Shown here in pieces: positions 13,331 to 27,602 of a DNA stretch of 64,000 nucleotides (its first letter is position 1; each line of letters begins with the position of its first letter). Location of the stretch: NCBI GenBank assembly GCA_964016885.1, contig OZ024742.1:94612001-94676000 (forward strand), written 5' to 3'. The notes under the pieces are model-generated. The model saw nothing but the letters and a program-made list of their open reading frames with translations, did not search any database and was not told where the DNA came from. Both the position numbers and the translations under genes were made by a program. This DNA is from Eledone cirrhosa. Its lineage: Eukaryota.

Positions 13331-14924
13331 TATTATCATTAATACTAATACTTTTTTCTTTCTTTCTCTCATCTTTTCGTTTTCTTTTCTTCTGCAAATC
13401 CTCCAGAATCCAGCCTCTGCAACCCTTCTTGCATGACCCCTTTCATTCATGTTTATATCTATATTTATATACATATATATACAATAGAAGGAAACTGCAA
13501 AAGATTATGGCTTAGAAAAACCTTGCAGAATTATTAAGAGTTGATCCCAGAATACTAAACTGCACAGATGAGATGCTGGAGGAACACAACCTGTGGGCAA
13601 ATGCTAAGCTGCAGATGATCCATCTGACCTATGCAAGCATAGAAAAATAGACATGGAATTATAAGTTTTTCATCATAAAACTAAAGTCAGCTTTAGGAGG
13701 TTCGGTATCAAAACGCTGCCTGTAACTGGGTTTGAGATGGAACTGTCAGACATTCAATACACCTTGTAATCGAATTCTGGTACATGCTGTTATGCCTGCA
13801 CTATAGATATTTAAATGAACAAAACTTTCTTTCTCCTTCTGATGAATAGAACAAAGGAAATTTAACCCCTACCTTCCATTTAGGACCACATTTCCTGAAC
13901 TGTTGAACTATTATCTTCTCTTTAATATCTTAATTTTAATAATAGTCAGAAATAACAGCAGTTCTGTCAGTCCTGTATTCTATTGCATTGATACAGACAT
14001 TCTATTCACTTGAGGACTTTCTTTCTGTTCGGCATGAAATAAAGTGGTTGTAATTTGTTATAAACACAGACATAGATACATAAATATGTATACAATATAC
14101 ATATGCATATAATATACTTATATGTATATAAACACACACACACACATATATAATATGATATAATATATATATATATGTGTGTGTGTGTGTATAAATATGT
14201 ATATATGCATGCATACATACATCTTCATCATCATCATATATATATATATATATATATACAAATGTATGTATACGCATGTATGTGTGTGCATGTATGTGTA
14301 CGTGAGTATGTGTGCCTGTATGTGTAATACAATTTACTTATATCCTAGGTGAAATGAACTTATTTTTGCCTCACTGATTAATAAATCAAACATGACAGAT
14401 GAGTTTACCAAATTGATATTAGATATGGAAATTATATATATAAAGCCAATTTGAGATTTGTTTCATTGATTGGTGATTTCGTTAAATCTGTTCGCCTTTC
14501 TTATGCAATTATGAATAATTTTAATAAAGTTCTTGATGATAAATTGCAGAAAGTTGTGTGGCACATCTATTCATTTCATTCATGTGTTTCCTTTCAAACC
14601 ACATTTTATTCTGATTCAAGTTAAGCTTATTATATAACGGAGATGTCTGTTGGGGGCCAATTTTAGTAATGAGAGGTTTCTTTTATTAGACTGCAGCCCT
14701 GTTGGGACATTGCCTTGGCTGAAGAATAGATATTGGATTTATAATAGGTGCAGGAATGGCTGTGTGAGTAGGAACTTCACATGATAACTATATAGTTTTA
14801 GGTTTGCTTCAAATGCATGGCATCTTGGGTAAGTGCCTTCAACTATATCTTCAGACTGACCACTGCTTTGTGAGGGAAATTTGGTTGCCAGAAACAGAGC
14901 AGAAAATGTAATCTCTCTTTCTTT

Positions 14925-16880
14925 CCTGAATGAGGAGAATGCATGGGAGAAAGATAGCCTACCCCAAGTAGACCCAAGAGAGGGCCCAGCTGTACAAGTC
15001 AGCAGAAGTGTAGGACGTAAGACAATTCAGAATTGAAGGCGGGAAAGCGGTTGGTCCATCGAGGGTAATTGCTGAGATGCTGAAAGCATCTGGGTCAGTG
15101 TATCACAACTTAACCACCTGTATTTTAAACCAAGTGATGCTAAATGTTGACATACCAAATGATTAGCACAGCAGCATCATTGGCAACTACTACAAAGGGT
15201 AAAGGAGATGCACAAGATAGAGAAAACTATAGAAACAAGTTGATGGAGCAGGTCATGAAAGTAACAGAAATAATTCTAGCAGAGCTGATTAGAGACGAGA
15301 TTAATCTTGATGAGTTGTAGGTTGGATTTGTGCCAGGTAAAAGCACCACAGATGCTATTTTCCTTGTGAAGTAGCTACAGGAGAAGTACCTAGCTAAAAG
15401 TAAGCCACTCTATCTGGCATTTGTTGATCTGGAGTAAACTTGTGACAGAGTCTCCTGTGCCATAATCTTTTGGGCTCTTAGAAAGCTAGGAGTAGATGAG
15501 GGTCTTATGAAGGCTGTACAAGCCATGTATATGTGAACAGTCAGCATTGTTTGGATTAACAATGAAGAATTTAGCATGCAGAGTGGCATCAACCAGGGTT
15601 CTATTCTTAACCCTCACTGGTTTATTATCATTCTACAGTCTATATCAGAGGAGTTTAAGACTGGCTGCCCATAGGAACTACTGTATGCAGATGATATAAC
15701 ACTTATAGCTGAATCTGTGGCAGAATTAGAGAAGACATTTCAAACCTGGAAGCATGGCCTAGACACAAAGGGTTTTAAAACCAACCTGACAAAGACTAAG
15801 GTCCTAAGAAGTAGAAAGGAAAACAGAGCCCTGATCTCCTTAGGGAAATGGTCTTTCTCATTGTGTAGGACAAGTGTTGATTTAAATTTCATGCTTTGTC
15901 CCAAATGTAAACTATAAGTACACAAGAGATGTGGTTTAGCTAAGAATGTAGGTTTTACATGTAGCCGTCGCACTGGAGCAGTAAATAGCAAATGAACATA
16001 GAAAACAAGCACTATCAAATTCTTGGAAGGTTTTGTAGAAGCAGTAGACAAATTGTGCTACCTGGCTGACCAAATTAGCAGTGAAGGAGAGTGTTCCAAA
16101 AGTACTGTAGCCAGAATGGGAATGGGTTGAAGAAAGTTCAGGGAGCTACTACCACTGATAACCACAAAAGAATGTTCCCTCAAAAAAGCATAAATGAACT
16201 GAGAGAGAAACTAGGCATAAGAGGAATCAGATGCAGTGTGCAGGAGAGGGGATTGCATTGGTATGGACATGTGATGCATATGAATGATGGCAGTTATATA
16301 AAAAATGTGCTGAGTACTCAAAGTTGATGGAAACTATGGAATAGGAAGACACAGGAAGACTTGGGATGAGGTGATAAAAGCTGACTTTGCACAATTGCAC
16401 CTCTTAAAGGTGGCGACACAGTACCAAGATCGCTAACATTATGCACTAATATAGTAGACTCATCTTCCCGTGAGCTCAGGCTGAAGCATACATTTACCAT
16501 GCATCACCTTCGCTTCCACCCCTTCCATACACATCCCACGTTCTAACACTTTACGCTCACCATTGGCCCTATACCCATCTCCCCAATACTCATACACCGC
16601 ACTCATCCCATAGTAAAGTGGTCATGTAGCTGTCATGACAAAACCACTCAGCCCACACTATAAAGTGGTCATGTGTGTGACATGATAAAAAGAGCCCAGT
16701 ACACACTGTAAAGTGGTCATGTAGTAGTCATGATAAGAAGTGCCCAGTCCACATTCTAAATGTGGGTGTTATTTGGAAGGGCATCCTGCTGTAGAAACCA
16801 AAAATCAGTTTTGTATGTGCCATGGTAATCTGACCTGGCTCATAGCACAACCTGACAATGTGTCTAACCCATGGAATTGT
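14925..16880 (+). mobile_element. Old degenerate RTE LINE (RT through 3' UTR)
   Basis: Fragments IAEMLKASG, GFVPGKSTTDAIF, LYLAFVDLE, EEFKTGCP*ELLYADD, LHWYGHVMHM; many stops; 3' UTR resembles subfamily A. Confidence 0.85.
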
Positions 16881-16937
16881 CAAAAGATGGCCTGATGTGG
16901 ATTAGAACTTAAAAAAGAATCTTCTTAACATTATTAG

Positions 16938-17680
16938 TGGGAGATGGATTGGCAGTAATGGTAGAGCATTGGACAACATGCTTTGCAGCAAATAATTACG
17001 TTCCATTACATTCTGAGTTTTAATCCCACCAAGGTTAGCTTTGAATTTTATCCTTATAAGGTCGATAAAATAAAGTACCAGTAATGCACATGGGTCAATT
17101 TATTCAACTTCCTTCCCTTAAAATTGCTGGCCTTCTGCCTTAATTAGAAACCATTATTAATGGGAGATAGACTGGCAGATATAATAGAGCATTGTATAAA
17201 ATGCCATAGTAACATTTCTTCTGGCTTTTATTTTCTGCGTTTGAATCCTGTCAAGGTCAATTCTAGCTTTCATCATTCAGGAGTCAATGAAATAATGTAC
17301 CAGACAAGTACTAGGGCTGATTTAATTAACTTTGCACTTCCTACCAAATATGTTGATCTGTGTCTAAATTAGAAATCAATATTATTAATGTTTCAGATAA
17401 AATGCCATTGTGGTGTTTATTTTGGTTCTTTACATTATTTTATTGAATCTGTCATTTTTCCAGGGTCAATAAAATAAAGTACTAGTCAAGTACTGGGATT
17501 GATTTAAATCAACTATGCCTTTCCTCAAATTTGCTGGAATTGTACGTAAATTAGAAATACAACTTATTGATGTTTCTTCTCTGGGACACTGGATTGCAGA
17601 ATTAGCAGAATGATGGGCAAAATGCTTTTCTTATATTTTGTGCCAAAATTTCTTTGTTCTGTGTTCAAATCTTACTGGAT
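16938..17680 (+). mobile_element. Cluster of 3-4 degenerate tRNA-derived Meta-domain SINEs
   Basis: Repeated A-box-like TGGCAG...GG, B-box-like GAGTT..AATCC, and Meta-like TTTCATCC...GGTCGATAAAATAAAGTACCAG at ~17050, ~17270 and ~17465. Confidence 0.7.
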
Positions 17681-17959
17681 GTAGACATGGTGTTGTAGTC
17701 ACTTAAGGCAAAGAACAAGTTCAATTGACATCATATATGATCCATCCCCTGTTCAAACTCCCATAGGGAAGATAGGTCAAATGCAATTTATTTCCAGACA
17801 TTTTACTCACCTTTTATCTATCTGGCAGTACATTACACAGTTTTCTTAAAATTTATTTATAGCCATTTACATTTTATATTAATTATAGTCATTTGTGTTG
17901 CAATGCAAAAGTTACAAATGTCAAATTTTCCCAATGCATCTCAAGTCAACTGCTTTGTT

Positions 17960-18089
<130 letters not shown>

Positions 18090-18110
18090 GATATATATAT
18101 ATATATATCA

Positions 18111-18790
18111 TAAATAAATACAATATCGGAGAAAGCTTTTTAGCGATACTCCGGCCAAATTCCAACTCACTCAACAAACATTAGGAAATAAGTGATTATA
18201 TTCCTAATTATGCGTTCGGGGTGCTAACTAAAAGTATTGCGTGGAAAATTGGCTGTATTATTTCATATGAGACATATCGAATATATCTCTTCCCAGACGG
18301 ACGTCTCGTTTCATTATAGGATTCCTACAATTTGGGTGAAATTATACCAATTTATGTAGGAGCTTGTATACCATCAGTAGATATATAGTCAAGTGGGCTC
18401 CTATAATTCACCAGTGGGTGCTCCAATAATACTAATATTGATAATCTAACCAACATCAGTATTTAGCGATAATCATCATCAGTGCCTGAGGTATCTGTCA
18501 GGTTGCTAGTCCAGCAGTTCTAAAGAAATGTTCAAACTGATTCAAAAATGAGGAAGTAAATTACCAAAAAAAAAAAAACAATAAATGCGCATGACAATGA
18601 ACTCTAAAAGGAATTCAGGCCACGTGCTAGAACTCTTTAGAAATTGAAAAATATCTATGTGTGTACAACGTTTGATGACACGCACAGATATTTTCTCTGG
18701 CAAAATAACAGAATGAGATATTAAAAAAATAAACAAAGAAAGTCTAACCTTATTTCAAATCTGTTGCACCAATAGTAAATAAATAAATAC
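18111..18790 (+). repeat. ~680-bp structured non-coding repeat, single unit with terminal redundancy
   Basis: Near-identical to 41205-41899. Begins and ends with TAAATAAATAC and consists of a chain of hairpins. Confidence 0.85.
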
Positions 18791-18879
18791 AGTATCTGTA
18801 TTACTGCGTGACGCCAGAGGTCACGGTCATGTGTCATCGCCTTTGAGAGGTGTAATTGGGTAAGGTCGGCATTTATCAC

Positions 18880-18920
<41 letters not shown>

Positions 18921-18959
18921 ATATATATATATATATGATAAATATATATGATATATATC

Positions 18960-19890
18960 ATCATCATCATCATCATCATCATCACCGTTTTACGTCCGTT
19001 CTTCCACGCTAGCATGACTTAGACGGGTTGTCCTGTTGTGGGCAGTGTCTGGTCGGCTGACCATGCCTTGCTCATACAAGAACTGATTTGGCTTGATTTC
19101 TACAGCTGGATGCCCTTCCTAACACCAACCTCATTTACAGTGAGTCTGGCTGCTTTTTCGTGGCGCCTACACGTCCACTTTACAGTGTGGGCTGGGTGCT
19201 TTATTGCCGTGGCACCTCCACGACCACTTTGCAGTGCGGGGTGTAGGGGCATATTGTCTATATGCTTCAGCTTGTACCCATGGGAAGTGGGGTACTCTGT
19301 ATTACTGCGTGACGCCAGAGGTCACGGTCGTGTGTCATCGCCTTTGAGAGGTGCAATTGGGTAAGGTCGGCTTTTATCACCTCATCCCAGGTCATCTTGG
19401 GTCTCCCCACTCCGCGGTTTCCATCGACTTCTAGTGCTCTGTACCTTTTTATGCAGCTCTCATCCTTCATACGCATCACATGTCCATGCCAACGCAACCG
19501 CCTCTCCTGCACACAGCATTTGATTCCTCTTATGCTCAGTCTCTCTCTCAATTCATTTATGCTTTGTCGTTCGCGTATATTACTATTATACATCCATCGG
19601 AGCATGCAGGCTTCGTTTCTCTCTAATCTACGTAAGTCTTCCACCTTCAGCGCCCAGGTCTCACTACCATGCAACATCGCTGTTCGGATACACGCATCAT
19701 ACAGTCTGCCTTTCACTTTGAGGGATAAGCCTTTTGCAGCTAGCAGTGTTAGTAGTTCCCTAAACTTCTTCCATCCCGTTCTTACCCTAGTTATTGTACT
19801 TTCTGAACAGCCACCTCCGCTGCTAATTCGGTCACCTAGGTAGCAGAAGCTGTCTACTGTTTCTACAGAGCCCTCCCAGAGATTGGTGAT
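18960..19890 (-). mobile_element. 5'-truncated RTE LINE, subfamily A-like
   Basis: ORF 19267..19995 (FCYLGDRISSGGGCSES...MLHGSETW...RRLRWHGHVMRM), 3' UTR and (GAT)n tail. A ~90-bp piece is duplicated at 18795-18885. Confidence 0.9.
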
Positions 19891-19901
19891 ATATATATAT
19901 G

Positions 19902-19936
<35 letters not shown>

Positions 19937-19939
<3 letters not shown>

Positions 19940-20230
19940 GCACATGCCTTAGTGGTTAGACCATTGGCCTTGCAATCGAAAGATTGTGAGTTCAATTCTC
20001 AGACCGGGTGATGTGTTGTTTCCTTGAGGAAGACACTTTATTCAGCTGTAGAAATGAGATGATAAGGACTGAGGTCCCTATCATTCCACTGCAAAGTGGT
20101 CGTGTAGGTGCCACGTCAAAAAAGCAGCCAGTACTCACTGTAAATGAGGTTGGTGTTAGGAAGGGCATCCAGCTGTAGAAATCCAGCCAGTATCAGTTCC
20201 CGTCCCACCCTTGCAAGCAGGGAAAAAGCG
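19937..20230 (+). mobile_element. tRNA-derived CORE-SINE with RTE-like tail
   Basis: tRNA-like head (TGCCTTAGTGG, GAGTTCAATTC), partly deleted CORE-like block, RTE-B 3' end. Confidence 0.85.
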
Positions 20231-20256
20231 GACGTAAAATGAAATGATGATATATA

Positions 20257-20341
<85 letters not shown>

Positions 20342-20458
20342 TGATATATATATATATATATAGGAAAATGTTTAACCCCAACAGCAGAGCTCAAGCCGTT
20401 TCGACAGCTATATATATATAAATATATATATATATAATATATTTTATATATATATGTA

Positions 20459-20527
<69 letters not shown>

Positions 20528-20663
20528 AAAATTTCGCTCTACATGGCTGAATACAATAAATGTAATCTGCGTTTTTCGAATATTAATAGAACATTCTGCC
20601 ACAGTGTATTTTTGAAAATAGCATATATTTTCACTAGATCTGACAGTTTGGCAGGTGAATAAT

Positions 20664-20713
20664 GAGCTGTACTGATGAAGGGTGATACCCAGAAACAATA
20701 GTTTCTGCAGTTC
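20664..20713 (+). ncRNA. Type I hammerhead-like motif, atypical
   Basis: gagctgta CTGATGA a-gggt-gat-accc-a GAAA caatagtttc tgcagttc. Stem I is 8 bp with G-U pairs; stem III is imperfect. The duplicate at ~21531 lacks 10 nt of core and stem II. Confidence 0.55.
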
Positions 20714-20835
20714 TGTTCGCATGCCAACACTAGAGCTATAAAATTGAGGCTTGTTTGCAAAATTGCAAACGAATCGAATGTTATTATTAATATTCGAAAA
20801 ACTCAGATTATATATATATATATATATATATATAT

Positions 20836-21137
20836 TGGTTAGAGCTTTGGCCTTGCAATCGGAAGGTTGTGAGTTCAATTCTCAGACCGGGTGATGTATT
20901 GTTTCCTTGAGCAAGAAACTTTATTTCACACTGCTCAAGTTTACTCAGCTGTAGAAATGAGATGATAGGGACTGGGGTCCATATCATTCCACTACAAAAG
21001 TGGTCGTGGAGGTGCCACGTCAAAAAAGCAGCCAGTACTCACTGTAAATGAGGGCATCCAGCTGTAGAAATCAAGCCAGTATCAGTTCCCGTCCCACCCT
21101 TGCAAGCAGGGATAAAGTGGACGTAAAATGAAATGAT
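20836..21137 (+). mobile_element. CORE-SINE, 5' clipped
   Basis: Same sequence as 57362-57702. Confidence 0.85.
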
Positions 21138-21145
21138 GTTATATA

Positions 21146-21216
<71 letters not shown>

Positions 21217-21225
21217 ACATATATG

Positions 21226-21257
<32 letters not shown>

Positions 21258-21687
21258 ATATATATATACATATATGATATATATATATATATATATACGA
21301 AAATGTTTAACCCCAACAGCAGAGCTCAAGCCGTTTCGACGGCTATATATATATAAATATATATATATATAATATATTATATATATATATATATAAATTT
21401 CGGTCTACATGGCTGAATACAATAAATGTAATCTGCGTTTTTCGAATATTAATAATAACATTCTGCCACAGTGTATTTTTGAAAATAGCATATATTTTCA
21501 CTAGATCTGACAGTTTGGCAGGTGAATAATGAGCTGTACTGATACCCAGAAACAATAGTATCTACAGTTCTGTTCGCATGCCAACACTAGAGCTATAAAA
21601 TCGAGGCTTGTTTGCAAAATTGCAAACGAATCGAATGTTATTATTAATATTCGAAAAACTCAGATTACATCTATATATGTATATGTA

Positions 21688-22849
<1,162 letters not shown>

Positions 22850-22878
22850 ATATATATATATATAGATATATACATATA

Positions 22879-22949
<71 letters not shown>

Positions 22950-22953
<4 letters not shown>

Positions 22954-23268
22954 TAGAGCATTGGCCTTGCAATCGAAAGGTTGTGAGTTCAATTCTCAGA
23001 CCGGGTGATGTATTGTTTCCTTGAGCAAGACATTTTATTTCACATTGATCGAGTTTACTTAGCTGTATAAATGAGATGATAGGGACTGGGGTCTATATCA
23101 TTCCACTGCAAAAGTGGTCGTGGAGGTGCCACGGCAAAAAAGCACCCAGCACTCACTGTAAATGAGGTTGGTGTTAGGAAGGGCATCCAGCTGTAGAAAT
23201 CAAGCCTGAATCAGTTCCCGTCCCATCCTTGCAAGCAGGGAAAAGCGGACGTAAAATGAAATTATGAT
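22950..23268 (+). mobile_element. CORE-SINE, 5' clipped
   Basis: Same family as 57362-57702. Confidence 0.85.
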
Positions 23269-23283
23269 ATCATACACATATAC

Positions 23284-23426
<143 letters not shown>

Positions 23427-23440
23427 TATATATATAAACA

Positions 23441-23495
<55 letters not shown>

Positions 23496-23496
23496 T

Positions 23497-23846
23497 GGAG
23501 GCACATGCACATGGCTTAGTGGTTAGAACATTGGCCTTGCAATCGAAAGATTGTGAGTTCAATTCTCAGACCGGGAGATGTGTTGTTTCCTTGAGCAAGA
23601 CACTTTATTTCACATTGCTCCAGTTTACTCAGCTGTAGAAATGAGATGATAGGACTGGGGTCCATATCATTCCACTGCAAAGTGGTTGTGGAGGTGCCAC
23701 GGCAAAAAAGCACCCAGCACTCACTGTAAATGAGGTAGGTGTTAGGAAGGGCATCCACCTGTAGAAATCAAGCCAGAATCAGTTCCCGTCCCACCCTTGC
23801 AAGTATGGAAAAAGCGGACGTAAAATGAAATTATGATGATGATGAT
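23497..23846 (+). mobile_element. CORE-SINE, full length
   Basis: A box TGGCTTAGTGG, B box GAGTTCAATTC, CORE-like CCTTGAGCAAGACACTT...CTCAGCTGTAGAAATG, RTE tail and (GAT)n. Confidence 0.9.
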
Positions 23847-23849
23847 ATC

Positions 23850-24430
<581 letters not shown>

Positions 24431-24655
24431 ATGGATGTACATTTTTAACTTAATTGTTTAAGCGTCAGTCATACAAAAGTGAGTTACAAATGAAACGAAA
24501 TTTAATTTCGTTTCGTTATTTGTTTTTATCGTCTCCGTTGAACCGGTACGTACTCACGCTCTATGCAAATTAGTCTGCCCACTACTAATTTTCATAGAAA
24601 AAGCATATAACGATATGTGCTTTTACGATTCTCTAGAGAGGCCGGAAGATAGGTA

Positions 24656-24700
24656 AATATTGCTGATGAGATGTAACAACATCGAAACTAGTTCAATATT
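24656..24700 (+). ncRNA. Minimal type I hammerhead ribozyme
   Basis: aatattg CTGATGA gatgt-aaca-acatc GAAA ctag TT caatatt: 7-bp stem I, 5-bp stem II, intact core, palindromic helix III (ACTAGT), predicted GUU cleavage site. Confidence 0.85.
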
Positions 24701-25112
24701 CCTTGCCTGGCTTTCTGGAGAATAGAGGAAAGGTGTTTCCTCAAAAACCAGTATGACTCTAAAAACCGGTTTGTCTGTGTGTTTACATACAGAATAGCTG
24801 GACACTCACAGTAAAGTGACCAGTGAAAAACTCGGTACATCTACATATGTATACGTGTGTGTATTCATATGCATACTAGTATTTCAGTATACATATGTGG
24901 ATGTACATTTTTAACTTAATTGTTTAAGCGTCAGTCATACAAAAGTGAGTTACAAATGAAACGAAATTTAATTTCGTTTCGTTATTTGTTTTTATCGTCT
25001 CCGTTGAACCGGTACGTACTCACGCTCTATGCAAATTAGTCTGCCCACTACTAATTTTCATAGAAAAAGCATATAACGATATGTGCTTTTACGATTCTCT
25101 AGAGAGGCCGGA

Positions 25113-25157
25113 AATATTGCTGATGAGATGTAACAACATCGAAACTAGTTCAATATT
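25113..25157 (+). ncRNA. Minimal type I hammerhead ribozyme, second copy
   Basis: Identical to 24656-24700. Confidence 0.85.
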
Positions 25158-25468
25158 CCTTGCCTGGCTTTCTGGAGAATAGAGGAAAGGTGTTTCCTCA
25201 AAAACCAGTATGACTCTAAAAACCGGTTTGTCTGTGTGTTTACATACAGAATAGCTGGACACTCACAGTAAAGTGACCAGTGAAAAACTCGGTACATCTA
25301 CATATGTATACGTGTGTGTATTCATATGCATACTAGTATTTCGGTATACATATGTGGATGTACATTTTTAACTTAATTGTTTAAGCGTCAGTCATACAAA
25401 AGTGAGTTACAAATGAAACGAAATTTAATTTCGTTTCGTTATTTGTTTTTATCATATATATATATATT

Positions 25469-25561
<93 letters not shown>

Positions 25562-25829
25562 CATAAAACATGTCTATAGAATCACAAGATAAAATATATA
25601 CCGTTTCCTCTCCCAATTAACATAATTAACTATATAAAAAATCGAATAGACCAGGCTATAAGAATGAGGCTTCTATGAAGAAATCTCCAACAAATAACCC
25701 AAACTAGCCTTTCACATCGGCCGCAACGGAATATTTATCGAATATTTCGACAGCGTAATCGCCCAGATACAGTCAATTAAACAGTATTAGGTGTAAAATA
25801 AACTAGGAGAAAATAGAATACATTTAAAT

Positions 25830-25916
25830 ACCTCTACCATGGTTTCGCCCGCATTTTGAGATTTCCAATAATTATGTAATAATTATGTAACTGGAGCATC
25901 GAATTCATCAGGAGAT
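25830..25916 (-). ncRNA. Type I hammerhead motif with long stem II
   Basis: Minus strand: atctc CTGATGA attcg...cgggc GAAA ccatgg TA gaggt. Palindromic ACCATGGT helix III; the closing pair of stem II is an A-C mismatch. Confidence 0.65.
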
Positions 25917-26116
25917 TTGCTCTCATCTAGACACTAAATTTTCCAAAGTGATAGCGCCAAGAATTCATTCAAAATGACTAAGAATCGTGACGTAGTAGCG
26001 GTCAGGTTGGAAGAGGTGTGGTAGTTGCTTACGGCTGGTGGGTTTTCTGCTGGAAAGCACAGCACAATACAGCCAAATGTGTATCTCAACCTAATGGGAG
26101 ATTATTACATATAAAA

Positions 26117-26189
<73 letters not shown>

Positions 26190-26352
26190 GATAAACGTGT
26201 TTTGCTACGGGTCACTTTGTGGCTCAATGAAAATTTTACAAAAAGCATATATATATATATATATATATATATTTATTAAAATAACAGATTAAAGTTTAAG
26301 CAAAGAATCGCTGCTTTCACCCTTAACGGGATCTTCTGAATACTATTATTAT

Positions 26353-26396
<44 letters not shown>

Positions 26397-26526
26397 GTGA
26401 GGTTTTTTTTACAAAATGAAAAATAACCGAGGTGTCCTACACGAGTGAAAGTATAAAGGAAAAGATGAAATCGAAAATGCAACTGGAGTCTTATTTTTTA
26501 AAAAAATATTTATATTTATTTGGTTC

Positions 26527-26562
26527 CTTTACCGGTTTCGCAGTTCTTCTGCTTTTCAAAAT
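26527..26562 (-). ncRNA. Hammerhead variant with U3:A8 core
   Basis: Minus strand: att TTGAAAA gcag-aagaa-ctgc GAAA ccgg TA aag. Confidence 0.55.
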
Positions 26563-27156
26563 TAGAGTTGGTTTTTTTCTCACATCTAGTTGGCCTTTGA
26601 ATGTTACTGGTGTTATATGGAAAAAAGTGTCTTGAAACGCCAGGTTTTTAGAGAAGTAATTTGATTGGTTTGTCAATAAGTATAATAAATTTAGCGCTAG
26701 TTCGCGTTACAAAGTTCTTCAAACAGGGGGGCGGGGGCTCAGATTGTTTTTTCATATATGAGTGTTTGAATTTCTATTTACTTTAAAAATTTGTCATAAA
26801 ATTCTCTAAAAGTCTACAAAATAAATTCCCAAATACGGGCGCAAAATTTAATGAACTTGTTCACATGACAGCCATAATTTCATTTATAACCAATCAAATT
26901 ATATTTATGAAAAAAGCCTTCGTGAGCCCCTTTTTTTAAGTAAAAAGAAATTCAAACACTCATATATGAAAAAACAACCTGTTTGAAGAACTTTGTAACG
27001 GGAACGGGCGCGAAATTTATTATACTTATTGACCAACCAATCAAATTACTTCTGTAAAAAAATGGCGTTTCAAGCCACTTTTTTCCATATAAAACAAGTA
27101 ACATTCAAAGACCTACCAGATGTGAGAAAAACCACAGATCTTCCATCTCAACTCTA

Positions 27157-27192
27157 CTTTTGAAAACCAGAAGAACTGCGAAACCGGTAAAG
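27157..27192 (+). ncRNA. Hammerhead variant with U3:A8 core, other arm
   Basis: ctt TTGAAAA ccag-aagaa-ctgc GAAA ccgg TA aag. Confidence 0.5.
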
Positions 27193-27324
27193 GAACCAAA
27201 TAAATATAAATATTTTTTTTAAATAAGACTTCAGTTGCATTTTCGATTTCATCTTTTTATCTTTATACTTTCACTCGTGTAGGACACCTCGGTTATTTTT
27301 CATTTTGTAAAAAAACCTCACTTA

Positions 27325-27363
<39 letters not shown>

Positions 27364-27602
27364 TTTTTGTAAAAATCAGTCATATGGAACTATTGTCATC
27401 TTGCCTGACGGTTTGAACTTTACAACACCACCTGCCCCTTTGAGGTCAAATACCAACCCTACTAGCATCTACAAACTGACCAATGAGAATTAAGATTATT
27501 CCTGCAGACAACATTAAATTATCAGTCACAAGGTCATATGTCCCAAGGGTCTGATACCATCAATACCATAAACACAGGGCTGGCATATCTAAGAACTGAC
27601 TA

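Larger units (their letters stand above)
19937..21668 (+). repeat. Tandem duplication of a SINE + 45-bp piece + ~290-bp HHR-containing unit
   Basis: 19937-20810 recurs at 20836-21668 with the same order of blocks separated by (TA)n. Confidence 0.8.
24433..25453 (+). mobile_element. Tandem ~460-bp repeat (2.2 units) with one HHR per full unit; non-LTR retrozyme / PLE pLTR-like
   Basis: Units start at 24433, 24899 and 25356 (periods 466 and 457 bp, differing by a 9-nt indel). Near-identical copies, no ORF, flanked by TA tracts. Confidence 0.85.
26391..27329. repeat. ~940-bp foldback element with ~340-bp inverted arms, each carrying a variant HHR
   Basis: 26391-26726 is the reverse complement of ~26979-27329; inner inverted pair 26742-26779 / 26941-26980; (TA)n on both sides. 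Confidence 0.85.

Noticed and set aside
18290-18385. Minus-strand CTGATGG...GAAAcgagacgTC as an HHR in the 695-bp repeat
   Set aside because: No stem I pairing, and the other two copies read TTGATGG.
26303-26343. Minus-strand CAGAAGA tccc-gttaa-gggt GAAA gcagcga
   Set aside because: U4 is altered, and there is no UH site or stem I; possible remnant only.
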